Shown: piece after piece, positions 17,822-27,107 of the stretch
Numbering within the stretch: position 1 is the first letter of the stretch
Layout: each line of letters starts with the position of its first letter
Assembly: GCA_965216565.1 (NCBI GenBank)
Contig: OZ244170.1
Coordinates: 2,816,001 to 2,880,000 of the forward strand
DNA length: 64,000 bases
Source: Bythopirellula sp.
GTDB lineage: Bacteria; Planctomycetota; Planctomycetia; Pirellulales; Lacipirellulaceae
Reading direction: 5' to 3'
Notes under the pieces: generated by a model
What the model was told of the DNA's origin: nothing
The model's input: the letters and a program-made list of their open reading frames with translations, nothing else
Database searches by the model: none
Made by a program: the position numbers and the translations under genes

Positions 17822-20800
17822 ATGAATTCATGGCGTTACATCCTGGCAAGCCTGACGCACCATCGCCGCGTCCACCTGGCCGTGGCAGCAGGCGTTGCTG
17901 TGGCTACAGCGGTTATCGTCGGTGCGTTATTGGTGGGCGACTCGGTACGCGGCAGTCTCAAGAGCTTAGCCCTCGGCCGCTTAGGCCACATCGAGGAAGT
18001 GCTCCTTGGCGTCCACCCATTCCGCGTCTCGCTGGGAACGGAACTGCAACAACGCGCTAAAGAAGACTCTCTGAACCTCGAAATAGCACCGCTCGTGCTC
18101 ACACGGGGAACGCTCAAAACGACTGACAGAGATAACAGCCGCCTTGCCGTGGGCGTTTCGGTAATCGGTTGCGACTCACAATTTTGGAAATTCGATAGCG
18201 AGCTTCCTGCCCTGGCACTCGACCGTCGCGGCATCGCAATCTCGCAGCAGCTTGCCGACGAACTAAGCGTAAAGGCTGGCGACGAACTCCTGCTACGTCT
18301 CTCCGCCTCCGCCACTTTGCCGGGGGATAGCACTTTGGCTGAGAAAGATGACACAATCGTCTCCCGGCGATTCGAGATTACCACCGTATTACCGAGCGAG
18401 GGACTCGCCCGCTTCTCGCTGGAGCCAACCCAACGTTCGCCGCGAAATGTTTTTCTCTCGCTCGATGCCATCCAAGGCATGCTCGACTGGGACAACCAAG
18501 CGAACGCCTTGGCCGTGGGACAATCGCAAAACGACTCCATCTCTAGCGAACAGTTCGCAGAACGCCTTTCCCATGTTCCACTGCAGCCAACATTAGACGA
18601 CTTAGGCTTGCAAATTGAACGGATTGAGCTAGCCGGCGGCAATCCCCAGCCACGGTGGCAAATTTCTTCGCGTGCGCTGGTGCTCCCCGATCACGTGGTC
18701 GAACTCATCGAGCAACAGCAGGGCACAGGACAAACTCAACGAGTCGTTACCTACCTGGCCAATACGTTGGAATCGGGGGACAACAAGATTCCCTATTCCA
18801 CAATTACCGGAGTCGATTCGAACGTCAAAGCAGGCCCCCTGTTGGACGACCAAGGCAGACCAATCACAATCGCCCCGGGCCAGATAGTGCTCAATGATTG
18901 GGCTGCTTCAGAACTGAATACCGAAGTGGGCGATGAAATCGTTACCACTTACTACGAACCAGAAACTACACATGGCGAACTCCGCACAGCCGAACCACTG
19001 CGGCTGACATTGATAGCGATCGCCCCGCTCGCAGACGACGGCGAAGCGCCCACACTAGCCGCGGATCCCACGCTCACTCCCGAGCTACCGGGCGTTACCG
19101 ATCAGGCATCGATCAGCGACTGGGACTTGCCGTTCGATTTGGTAGAAGAAATCCGCCCCCAGGATGAAGACTACTGGGACGAGTACCGCACCACCCCCAA
19201 GGCGTTTGTCGATCTAAAAACGGCCCAGCGACTTTGGCATACGCGCTGGGGAACGGTCAGCGCCGTGCGGCTCCCGCCGAATACGTCGCAGCAGGCAGCC
19301 TCGCAGTTGGCCGAAAAACTCGACCCCGCGCAGCTCGGTCTCGTCTGGCTACCACTTCGTAGGCAGGGATTGCGCGCTTCGCGAGGTACCACTTCTTTCG
19401 AAGGGTTGTTCCTAGGGTTTAGTTTCTTCCTCCTTGCCTCGGCCATGCTGTTGGTGAATTTGCTCTTCAAGCTGGGCATCGAAGGTCGGACTGCCGAAAT
19501 CGGTTTACTCTCTGCAATCGGTTACCCAGCATCTCGGCTGCGGCGTTTGCTGTTGGGCGAAGTCGCAATGATTGCAGTTGTGGGTGCTACGTTGGGTGTC
19601 GCATTAGGAGTCGGCTACGCTCGGCTGATGATCCACGGGCTCAGCACGTGGTGGGTCGCCGCCACTGTGGAACCGTTTCTCAGCTTGTATGTTACTCCTC
19701 GTAGTTTGATCGTGGGATTCCTGTTGGGAGTTCTAATCGCACTGGCAACAACAGCTTGGGCATTACGAAAAATTATCCGTCTGCCCGCGCGGCAACTCAT
19801 CGCAGGCGACTACTCCGAACCACCGACTTCAACGTCGCCAGCAAAACTATCGGACAAACCTAAACGACGCTGGCTTCCGGCAGCGTTGGCTCTCCTGGCG
19901 GTCGGACTGGTGTTCTTCGCTAGGGACCTCACTGGCGAAGCCCAGGCAGGCGCTTTTTTCGGTGCGGGGGCCTTGGTGCTGACCGCGTCGCTTTGGCAAC
20001 TCGGCAAGCAGTTGCGTGCCGATAGTCAACAGGCGCCAAGTAGGCTCTCGCTCTCCGGCCTCGCCGCTCGCAACGCGCGGCGCAATCCGAGCCGTTCGAT
20101 TCTTTCCGTGAGCCTCGCCGCCGTGGCAAGCTTTCTAATCGTCGCGCTCAGTGCCTTTCGACTGGCACCCACCGAACAAGGCACCGGCGGTTTCGATCTC
20201 TTGGCCAAGGCAGATCAACCTCTGCTCTTCGATTTGGATTCCGAAGCGGGTCGCGAGGATCTTGGTTTCGACGAGCAGAACAATCCCTCCTTTGCCGGAG
20301 CCCTTGTAGAATCCCTACGAGTGCATGATGGGGCAGACGCCAGCTGCTTGAATCTCTACCAAACCACCCAACCCCGAGTGCTCGGCGTCTCTCAGAGTTT
20401 CGCAGACTCGGCGCGTTTTGCGTTTGCCGCGACTGCCTCAGATCATCCAGACAAAAGCCCCTGGCGGGCCTTGCAAACCGAATTGGGCAAGGACGCAGCG
20501 GGACGAGATATCGTGCCGATCGTGTTAGATAAAAACACCGCGACATACAGCCTGCATCTCTCGGGGCTGGGAGCGCGGTTCAACATTCAAGACGATTCCG
20601 ACCAGGCTGTAACGCTGGAAGTCGTGGGGTTACTCGCCGGCAGTGTTCTGCAAGGGAATGTCATGATGAGCGAGGCAAACTTTCTACGTCTGTTCCCCAC
20701 GACAACCGGGCATCGGTTCTTCTTGATTCGTACCGGTGAATTGCCGCCGCACGAATTGGCCCAGCAGCTTGAGTCGCAACTAGAAGATTATGGCTTCCGC

Positions 20801-21229
20801 ACGGTCGATGCCAACAAGCGATTAGCCGACTATCTGGCTGTGCAAAACACTTATCTCTCAACGTTCCAAACTCTTGGCGCATTGGGTCTGCTGCTTGGAA
20901 CCGTCGGGCTGGCCATTGCTCAGCTGCGTAGTGTATTGGAGCGACGGAGCGAACTCGCCTTGCTTCGATCCGCCGGCTTTCGCCGCCAGCGCTTGGCAAG
21001 CATGGTGTTGGGGGAAAATCTTGTGCTGCTCTTGGGAGGCTTGGGAATCGGTTGCCTGGCTGCCGCGGTGGCCGTACTGCCGCATTGGTGGCTCGGTGAG
21101 GCAAATACACCATGGGCCACGCTCGCCATGATGCTACTAGCGATCGCACTGGCTGGAATCTTGGCCGGGTTCCTTGCTGTTCGCGCCGCAGTCGCAGCGC
21201 CGTTAGTGGCCGCATTGCGCGGCGACTAA
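17822..21229 (+). CDS. FtsX/MacB-like ABC transporter permease with two permease repeats
   Basis: GALLVGDSVRGSL; GIEGRTAEIGLLSAIG; RSVLERRSELALLRSAGF; large extracytoplasmic loops. Confidence 0.88.
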   Translation: MNSWRYILASLTHHRRVHLAVAAGVAVATAVIVGALLVGDSVRGSLKSLALGRLGHIEEVLLGVHPFRVSLGTELQQRAKEDSLNLEIAPLVLTRGTLKTTDRDNSRLAVGVSVIGCDSQFWKFDSELPALALDRRGIAISQQLADELSVKAGDELLLRLSASATLPGDSTLAEKDDTIVSRRFEITTVLPSEGLARFSLEPTQRSPRNVFLSLDAIQGMLDWDNQANALAVGQSQNDSISSEQFAERLSHVPLQPTLDDLGLQIERIELAGGNPQPRWQISSRALVLPDHVVELIEQQQGTGQTQRVVTYLANTLESGDNKIPYSTITGVDSNVKAGPLLDDQGRPITIAPGQIVLNDWAASELNTEVGDEIVTTYYEPETTHGELRTAEPLRLTLIAIAPLADDGEAPTLAADPTLTPELPGVTDQASISDWDLPFDLVEEIRPQDEDYWDEYRTTPKAFVDLKTAQRLWHTRWGTVSAVRLPPNTSQQAASQLAEKLDPAQLGLVWLPLRRQGLRASRGTTSFEGLFLGFSFFLLASAMLLVNLLFKLGIEGRTAEIGLLSAIGYPASRLRRLLLGEVAMIAVVGATLGVALGVGYARLMIHGLSTWWVAATVEPFLSLYVTPRSLIVGFLLGVLIALATTAWALRKIIRLPARQLIAGDYSEPPTSTSPAKLSDKPKRRWLPAALALLAVGLVFFARDLTGEAQAGAFFGAGALVLTASLWQLGKQLRADSQQAPSRLSLSGLAARNARRNPSRSILSVSLAAVASFLIVALSAFRLAPTEQGTGGFDLLAKADQPLLFDLDSEAGREDLGFDEQNNPSFAGALVESLRVHDGADASCLNLYQTTQPRVLGVSQSFADSARFAFAATASDHPDKSPWRALQTELGKDAAGRDIVPIVLDKNTATYSLHLSGLGARFNIQDDSDQAVTLEVVGLLAGSVLQGNVMMSEANFLRLFPTTTGHRFFLIRTGELPPHELAQQLESQLEDYGFRTVDANKRLADYLAVQNTYLSTFQTLGALGLLLGTVGLAIAQLRSVLERRSELALLRSAGFRRQRLASMVLGENLVLLLGGLGIGCLAAAVAVLPHWWLGEANTPWATLAMMLLAIALAGILAGFLAVRAAVAAPLVAALRGD

Positions 21230-21284
21230 CCCGTGTTTCAAGGTTTTAGTTCACTAAAAGAAGATGGTGCATCCACCTGGGTGG

Positions 21285-21311
21285 CTGGGGTCGACCAAAG
21301 CGAGCCCCCAG
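21285..21311. repeat. Degenerate REP-like hairpin
   Basis: CTGGGGTCG-accaaag-CGAGCCCCCAG, intergenic. Confidence 0.4.
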
Positions 21312-21444
21312 TTGGACCATTCCCGAGGCTTGCAAAACTAGGCCCCAGTTTCGAACTGAACCCCTCGTTTCACTAGCGTCACCACTGCGAGTGGTTTACA
21401 GTGACAACTCCGCCCTAAACGCTTAACTCCGACGAGAGATTTCT

Positions 21445-22536
21445 ATGCGTAGCATGTTGTTTGTGGTGTCGTCCTTCCTGGTAACGATCATTGCCTGGGG
21501 CATGTATGGTCCCGTCTTGCATTGGGGCCAGGCAGGCATGTCGACCGGCACCGACATGGCACGATTGCGTCCGTTTATCTGCGTAGGCCTCGCCTATTTT
21601 GCGATTGGCGTTGTCGTTCCCGCCCTGCTATTGCAACTCAAGGGCGAACAAGGAAGCTGGACCTTGCAGGGGATCATTTTCAGCCTGGCGGGCGGAGCGC
21701 TGGGAGCCATCGGTGCGCTGGGGATCATCCTCGCGTTTCGTTTTGGCGGGAAACCCGTCTACGTCATGCCACTAGTGTTTGGCGGTGCGCCGGTCGTTAA
21801 TTCGTTCATCACCATCTCGCTCGCCAAACGAATGAAAGATATCGGCCCACTGTTCGGGGCTGGTTTGGTCATGGTGCTGCTCGGTGCAATCACCGTCCTC
21901 ACTCAGGCGCCGCGGGCAGAAAAACATGTCGAACCAACTGCCGCCACGCTCGAAGCGCAGGCCAACGAAGCGGAGGAGGTCGACATCAAGAGCTCGCTGC
22001 CGATGGGGGGCTATCTGATGCAGATCCTGTCGATCGCGACCGTTGTTATCTGTTGGGGGGCTTACGGCCCCGTGCTACACAAAGGACAAGCTGCCATGGA
22101 GCATAGCCGGCTCAGACCACTACTGTGTGTGGGGCTCGCCTATTTTGCGATCGCGGTGTTTGTGCCGATGCTGATCCTCACGACTGTCCCGGACTTCGAA
22201 GCCAGCGAATTCAATTTCAGCGGTACAGTGTGGAGTCTCTCGGCAGGTGCCGCCGGCGCCATCGGGGCCCTGGGAATCATCATGGCATTCAACTTCGGCG
22301 GACGCCCTGTCTATGTGATGCCGCTGGTGTTTGGTGGCGCTCCAGTGGTGAACACGCTCCTAACAACCATCGTCGGAGGATTATGGGGCGAAGTGCAGGC
22401 GTTGTTTCTCGCAGGCTTAATCCTAGTGATCGCCGGCGCGGCAATGGTCCTGGTGTTCGCCCCCAAGGGTCCCCCTCCCACGAAAAGCCCCCCCTCCTCT
22501 CCTGCCCCAGAAGAGGGCGAATCCCCGAATGGGTGA
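21445..22536 (+). CDS. Internally duplicated polytopic membrane protein, DMT-like
   Basis: Two copies of WGxYGPVLHxGQ...RLRPxxCVGLAYFAI...GAIGALGII.AF.FGG.PVYVMPLVFGGAPVVN. Confidence 0.75.
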   Translation: MRSMLFVVSSFLVTIIAWGMYGPVLHWGQAGMSTGTDMARLRPFICVGLAYFAIGVVVPALLLQLKGEQGSWTLQGIIFSLAGGALGAIGALGIILAFRFGGKPVYVMPLVFGGAPVVNSFITISLAKRMKDIGPLFGAGLVMVLLGAITVLTQAPRAEKHVEPTAATLEAQANEAEEVDIKSSLPMGGYLMQILSIATVVICWGAYGPVLHKGQAAMEHSRLRPLLCVGLAYFAIAVFVPMLILTTVPDFEASEFNFSGTVWSLSAGAAGAIGALGIIMAFNFGGRPVYVMPLVFGGAPVVNTLLTTIVGGLWGEVQALFLAGLILVIAGAAMVLVFAPKGPPPTKSPPSSPAPEEGESPNG

Positions 22537-22563
22537 CTAACCACGGAGATATGGAGAAAGCTT

Positions 22564-22704
22564 AGACAGGATGACGGGATTGGCAGGATCGACAGGATGA
22601 AAAGTGAATTAATACAAGAAGAGAACAATTCAATCTAGCGTGACAATCGTCGACCCTCCTGCTTCCCCTCATCCAGTTCATCCTGCAAATCCTGTCATCC
22701 TGTC
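22564..22704. repeat. ACAGGAT/ATCCTGT inverted-repeat element (MITE/REP-like), copy 2
   Basis: Left arm AGACAGGATGACGGGATTGGCAGGATCGACAGGATG; right arm CATCCAGTTCATCCTGCAAATCCTGTCATCCTGTC at 22670-22704. Confidence 0.7.
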
Positions 22705-22758
22705 CAAAAACAACTACCTGTCCTCCGTGGTGAACAATCCAAACAGTTCAAACCAATC

Positions 22759-23100
22759 ATGACCCCCGACGAAAGAATGCAGCACGTCGACGCCCTGCTC
22801 ACCCACGTGTGGATGGTGCGCACCTTCATCAAGCACAGCGAAGAGGTGGAAGAAGACGAAGAACTGAGCCAAGTACAACGCAAACTCTACGACTACACGC
22901 ACGCGCTCGGTTCCGCCTGGCTGGCGAAAGATGCTGACAGTTACCTCACGCAAGCCAGAAAAAAACTCCACCGTTTGCGCCAAGCCACCGAGCAATTCAC
23001 AGAACTTCAGCCCGAGGTCTCTACGCACATGAGCTTCCAAATGGCCGTCCGCTCGCTCCGGCTGGCTGTGGAGCAAATCGAGGTGGCACTGGCCGAGTGA
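22759..23100 (+). CDS. Hypothetical helical protein (113 aa)
   Basis: Coding-like amphipathic sequence (HVWMVRTFIKHSEE...HMSFQMA); function not recognised. Confidence 0.7.
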   Translation: MTPDERMQHVDALLTHVWMVRTFIKHSEEVEEDEELSQVQRKLYDYTHALGSAWLAKDADSYLTQARKKLHRLRQATEQFTELQPEVSTHMSFQMAVRSLRLAVEQIEVALAE

Positions 23101-23183
23101 GTCAAACCCCGAGCAGCCGAGTCGCCACGCATCTCCAGCCTGTGGACAAGTGTCGTCACTCCGCAAGACAATCGGCAAGCATC

Positions 23184-23630
23184 CAAGGTTTCACCCCAAC
23201 CTCTCCTAAGATAGAGATCGTTCGGAGTTGGTTCCATAAGCGCAGCGCCGCATGCTCCCTCTCCCCGACCCCAGTGCAAACAACGATCCACCTACCAACG
23301 TAGCCTCTCTCGCATCCGGGGGAGAGGGTTGGGGTGAGGGGCGATCTCAAGAAGACCATCGCCCCAAGGTTTCAAACCCCAACCTCTCCCTAGGTAGAGA
23401 TGGTTTGAAGTTAGTTCGATAAGTGCTCGTCCATCTGACTTCGGGGAAAGCAAATTTTGAGCACTGCGTTGGAAGAGATTCAAAATCCCACGCGAAAGCG
23501 CAGAGCCTTTAGCTCCCTCTCCCCGACCCCAGTGCAAACAACGATCCACCTACCAACGTAGCCTCTCTCGCATCCGGGGGAGAGGGTTGGGGTGAGAGGC
23601 GATTTCAAGAAGACCGTCGCCAAGGTTCCA
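23184..23630. repeat. Tandem duplication of a REP-containing unit
   Basis: A ~110-bp block starting GCTCCCTCTCCCCGACCCCAGTGC occurs at 23254 and 23512 (offset 258), near-identical; a second block CAAGGTTTCA..CCCCAACCTCTCC.TA..TAGAGAT occurs at ~23184 and ~23365. Confidence 0.85.
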
Positions 23631-23778
23631 CTCCACCTCAGCGAACCCACCAGCGATAGGCGTTCCGCGTCCACCGGTCAGCACTTTGAAACGCCTCCGC
23701 GCATTTCGTCAGACCTGCATAACGCTGTTTTGTCACAGCGTCTTTGCAAGAAACTCCCCAACATTCGGCCCGGAGAAA

Positions 23779-24068
23779 TCAAGCCCCAGTTTTTGTACCA
23801 CCTAGTGGCCTGAGGGCATACAAGATGTGGTAGAAACCAAAAAGTCGTTACACAAATTTAGACAATCTGCCCACTCCTCGCTTGTGTGACCCTAAGCCAC
23901 GTCACACAAGATATGGTTCTCGCACTCATGTCTTGGTGTAATGAAACCCTAGAAAAACAGCACCGCCAATAAAAAAACGCACAAACAGACGATTCTGAGG
24001 CGGTTAATTTGCCAACTTGATTTAGCCTATCACAGAACCAGCCAAATCTCAGTCTCTACTTTTGGTCG
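23779..24068 (-). other. Unannotated ~290-bp dispersed non-coding element, copy 1
   Basis: Colinear similarity to the reverse complement of 50123-50421; two ACAAGAT boxes and a CTTGTGTGAC-N10-GTCACACAAG hairpin. Confidence 0.75.
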
Positions 24069-24078
24069 TCCGGTCGCA

Positions 24079-24765
24079 TTAAGTTCTGCGGACGGTGCCG
24101 TACCACTCAATCTGTTTTCGAGGGCAAAAGATCCATCCCCGTTGCGCGCAGTAAGGCTTGAGCCAGGCAGACCGACCAGCCAATTCAGATTTCGTAGTGC
24201 CTTGGGGCATTAGCAAGACTTGGTCTTCGTTGACCTCGGAAAACTCCTCGACAAAACGTTCGATCTCTTCCAGTTCCGCCGCCCGATCTACCACAAACTT
24301 AAGCTGATAATCGTAGTTTGCAAAAAGCTGCCTCAGGACGTCGGGCTTCAGCCGCTCGCGCTCGTGACGACGACTCCAGCGCGGATGGGTCGCCGCATCG
24401 GGACCACTGCCGGCGAGTTTGGGGCTGATCGACATCAAGTCGCAAGGCACCGGCAAATAGAGAGTCCCCGCTGTTTCGATCGTGATGTGCCAGCCGCGCT
24501 GTTGGAGTTGCTCGGCGAGAGGAATCAATTCGGCAAACAGCATCGGCTCGCCGCCGGTAAGCACGGCGTGCCTGCAATCCCACTCTTCGATCTGGGCGAC
24601 GATCTCCTCGACCGTGATGTCGTGGCCCTCAGGTTGCCACGACGTGTAAGGCGTATCACAGAACCAACATCGCAAATTGCATCCACTGGTGCGCACGAAC
24701 ACGCTAGGTGTGCCGGTCAGCAAACCTTCGCCTTGCACCGATTTGTAGATTTCCGCGATTTTCAT
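24079..24765 (-). CDS. queE: 7-carboxy-7-deazaguanine synthase (radical SAM)
   Basis: EIYKSVQGEG, FVRTSGCNLRCWFCDT, LTGGEP, IETAG, SISPK; adjacent to queC. Confidence 0.95.
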   Translation of the reverse strand: MKIAEIYKSVQGEGLLTGTPSVFVRTSGCNLRCWFCDTPYTSWQPEGHDITVEEIVAQIEEWDCRHAVLTGGEPMLFAELIPLAEQLQQRGWHITIETAGTLYLPVPCDLMSISPKLAGSGPDAATHPRWSRRHERERLKPDVLRQLFANYDYQLKFVVDRAAELEEIERFVEEFSEVNEDQVLLMPQGTTKSELAGRSAWLKPYCAQRGWIFCPRKQIEWYGTVRRT

Positions 24766-24777
24766 TTCATGCGATTT

Positions 24778-25500
24778 TTATGTTGAGTATGGAATCGGAT
24801 CGACCAGATCCGCCTCGGCAAAGCCTTTGAGGCGAAGCACACAGGCATCGCATCGCCCACACGAGATTCCCGCTTCGTTGGGGGAATAGCAAGTATGCGT
24901 CAGCCCGTAATCGACGCCCAGCTCTGTGCCACGCTGGATGATCTCTGCCTTGGTCATATCAATCAGCGGGGTATGGATGCGAAATCGATTTCCCTCCACG
25001 CCCGCTTTGGTCGCCAGGTTGGCCAGGGTCTCGTAGGCTGCCACGAACTCCGGTCGGCAGTCTGGGTACCCACTATAGTCGACCGCGTTGACCCCGATAA
25101 AGATATCGTTCGCACCAAGGACCTCAGCATATCCTAAAGCCACCGACAACATGATTGTATTACGGGCAGGCACATAGGTGACGGGGATTTCGCTCGATAT
25201 TTCCGCGTCGCTACGCCCCTGAGGCACCTCGATTTCGTCCGTCAGGGCACTGCCGCCCAGGGACGAGAGGTCGACGCCGATAAGTTTATGCTCGACGACG
25301 CCTGAAGCCGCAGCCACTTTCTTTGCAGCCTCCAATTCAAATTGGTGCCGCTGGCCATAGTCGACGCTGAGGGCAAACAGGCTATACCCGGCTGCCCGGG
25401 CGATTGCGGCAACCGTTGCCGAGTCGAGTCCTCCAGAGAGCAAGAGCACAGCCCGATCCGCAGAACCGGATGATTTTGTAAGAGCCTTAGCCACAATCAA
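24778..25500 (-). CDS. queC: 7-cyano-7-deazaguanine synthase
   Basis: [42 protein letters not shown]. Start probably TTG 25500 or GTG 25494 rather than 25656. Confidence 0.96.
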   Translation of the reverse strand: MIVAKALTKSSGSADRAVLLLSGGLDSATVAAIARAAGYSLFALSVDYGQRHQFELEAAKKVAAASGVVEHKLIGVDLSSLGGSALTDEIEVPQGRSDAEISSEIPVTYVPARNTIMLSVALGYAEVLGANDIFIGVNAVDYSGYPDCRPEFVAAYETLANLATKAGVEGNRFRIHTPLIDMTKAEIIQRGTELGVDYGLTHTCYSPNEAGISCGRCDACVLRLKGFAEADLVDPIPYST

Positions 25501-25614
25501 GTTAACCTTCTTCGAGCCACCTATTCGAGGGAACATCATTTCGCCTGCAGCCACTATCCGCACAGGCCATATCATGCCAAAATCACACTTTTGCCGAAAG
25601 GAGAGGCCACCGAG

Positions 25615-25974
25615 ATGAGCGACTTTGTGACGTTGCTGGAAACCTTCGATAATCAATTCCCCAACCGGGATTATGAGATAGAAATTGTGTGCCCTGAGTT
25701 CACCTCAGTCTGCCCCAAGACGGGTCAGCCGGATCACGGCTCGATCACAATTACCTATATTCCCGACGAGAAATGCGTGGAATTAAAGAGTCTGAAATTC
25801 TACATGCAGAGCTATCGCAATGAGGGCATCTTCTACGAACACGTGACAAATACGATTTTCGACGACCTGGTCGCCATCCTTTCCCCGCGCTACATGCAGG
25901 TCCATGCCGCATTCAACGCGCGTGGCGGCATTACCGAAGACGTAACCGTCGAACTCGATATGTCGAGTGAGTAA
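25615..25974 (+). CDS. queF: NADPH-dependent preQ0 reductase, short type
   Basis: [35 protein letters not shown] upstream of ATG 25615. Confidence 0.95.
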   Translation: MSDFVTLLETFDNQFPNRDYEIEIVCPEFTSVCPKTGQPDHGSITITYIPDEKCVELKSLKFYMQSYRNEGIFYEHVTNTIFDDLVAILSPRYMQVHAAFNARGGITEDVTVELDMSSE

Positions 25975-26060
25975 GGCCCCGAAAAACTCGGATCGCGACG
26001 AACAACTTACAGACGCAAGAACAATAAACAGCAAGCTGCTTTAGGAGATCATAACAACCC

Positions 26061-27074
26061 ATGGCCCAGCCACCTCGTGTAATCATCTCTGGATTTGCCG
26101 ACGAAGCCGCCATTCACAAGACGGCAATCGAGCAGTTTTCCGCTTTCGCGGCCCTAGGTCTGCAGTATTACAGCATTCGCTTTATTGACGTTGGAAATGG
26201 CATCAAGAATGTCATGAAACTCACCAAGGGCGAGATCACAAAGATCAGGCACCTAGAAGATGAGTTTGGAATGAACGTCAGTTCCATCGGTTCTCCCATC
26301 GGCAAAGTAAAGCTTCGCAAGGAGAAGGATGGCACCAACAACCGCTACGTCCCTTTTAAGAAATACCTAAATTCAGAAGTCAAGCGCGCGTGCGAACTAG
26401 CACACGCTTTCGAGACAAAGCTAATCCGCGGCTTCTCATTTTATCACCCCAAGGGCAGCGATCCCTGGGAGCATCTCCCCCAGGCAGTAGACCAACTGGG
26501 CGAGATTGCCGAGGCCTGCCACCGTAGTGATTTGACCTTCGGGCTAGAGGTGGAAGCCAACCTTATCGGTCAATCGGGGCAACTCTTGGCGGAGCTGCAC
26601 CGACGCGTAAATCATCCGGCCCTGGTGACCATCTTCGATGGCGGAAATATCATCAGCCAGGGGTACAACACGCAGCAATGCTTCGAGCAATACCAGAAGA
26701 TGAAGCCCAGCATCGGTTGGATTCACATCAAGGATTATCACGACGACTCCCTGAAGGGAGCTTCGAACCACGTGGATGAAGAGAAACTTAAGCACTTCGT
26801 CCCTGGCGATGTTGGAGACTCCGGCCATCTGCAGATTTTTCAGGACTTTGCTAGTGATTTGCCCAAGCTTGAACGCCGCCTCAAGCGGCGTGGCGTGCCA
26901 GGGGTATTTCTTGACCTAGAGCCCCACCTCAAGGGAGGCGGCCAGTTCGGCGGGTTCAGCGGTCCTGATGGAATGGGCGTGGCGCTCGCCGGACTTCGCA
27001 GAATCTTGGACTATGTGGGCATCGAGTACGATTTGCGTGATTTTGAAGACGTACTTGCTGACCGCGGCTTTTAG
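26061..27074 (+). CDS. Sugar phosphate isomerase/epimerase (TIM-barrel) family protein
   Basis: SGFADE, IGSPIGK, IRGFSFY, LEVE, FDGGN, IHIKD, LEPHL. Confidence 0.85.
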   Translation: MAQPPRVIISGFADEAAIHKTAIEQFSAFAALGLQYYSIRFIDVGNGIKNVMKLTKGEITKIRHLEDEFGMNVSSIGSPIGKVKLRKEKDGTNNRYVPFKKYLNSEVKRACELAHAFETKLIRGFSFYHPKGSDPWEHLPQAVDQLGEIAEACHRSDLTFGLEVEANLIGQSGQLLAELHRRVNHPALVTIFDGGNIISQGYNTQQCFEQYQKMKPSIGWIHIKDYHDDSLKGASNHVDEEKLKHFVPGDVGDSGHLQIFQDFASDLPKLERRLKRRGVPGVFLDLEPHLKGGGQFGGFSGPDGMGVALAGLRRILDYVGIEYDLRDFEDVLADRGF

Positions 27075-27107
27075 GTTTTGCTCTCTGGTGCAAATTTCTC
27101 AGCAACA

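Noticed and set aside
23184..23630. Possible CRISPR array
   Set aside because: Only two long repeats with identical internal loops, no series of unique spacers, and no cas genes in the window.
23007..23674. Short ORFs with repeated SPLTPTLSPGCERG or MDRCLHWGRGEG peptides
   Set aside because: Translations of the duplicated REP unit; no independent evidence of coding.
23819..23917. Conventional NrdR-regulated promoter
   Set aside because: The boxes lie between convergent 3' ends with no ribonucleotide reductase gene; treated instead as part of the dispersed element.
25500..25615. preQ1 riboswitch between queC and queF
   Set aside because: No recognisable preQ1 stem with A-rich tail; the region is short and serves divergent starts.
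24079..25974. 7-deazaguanine DNA-modification (dpd) island
   Set aside because: queF is present and no dpdA/tgt-like or restriction genes are adjacent; ordinary queuosine synthesis explains the cluster.
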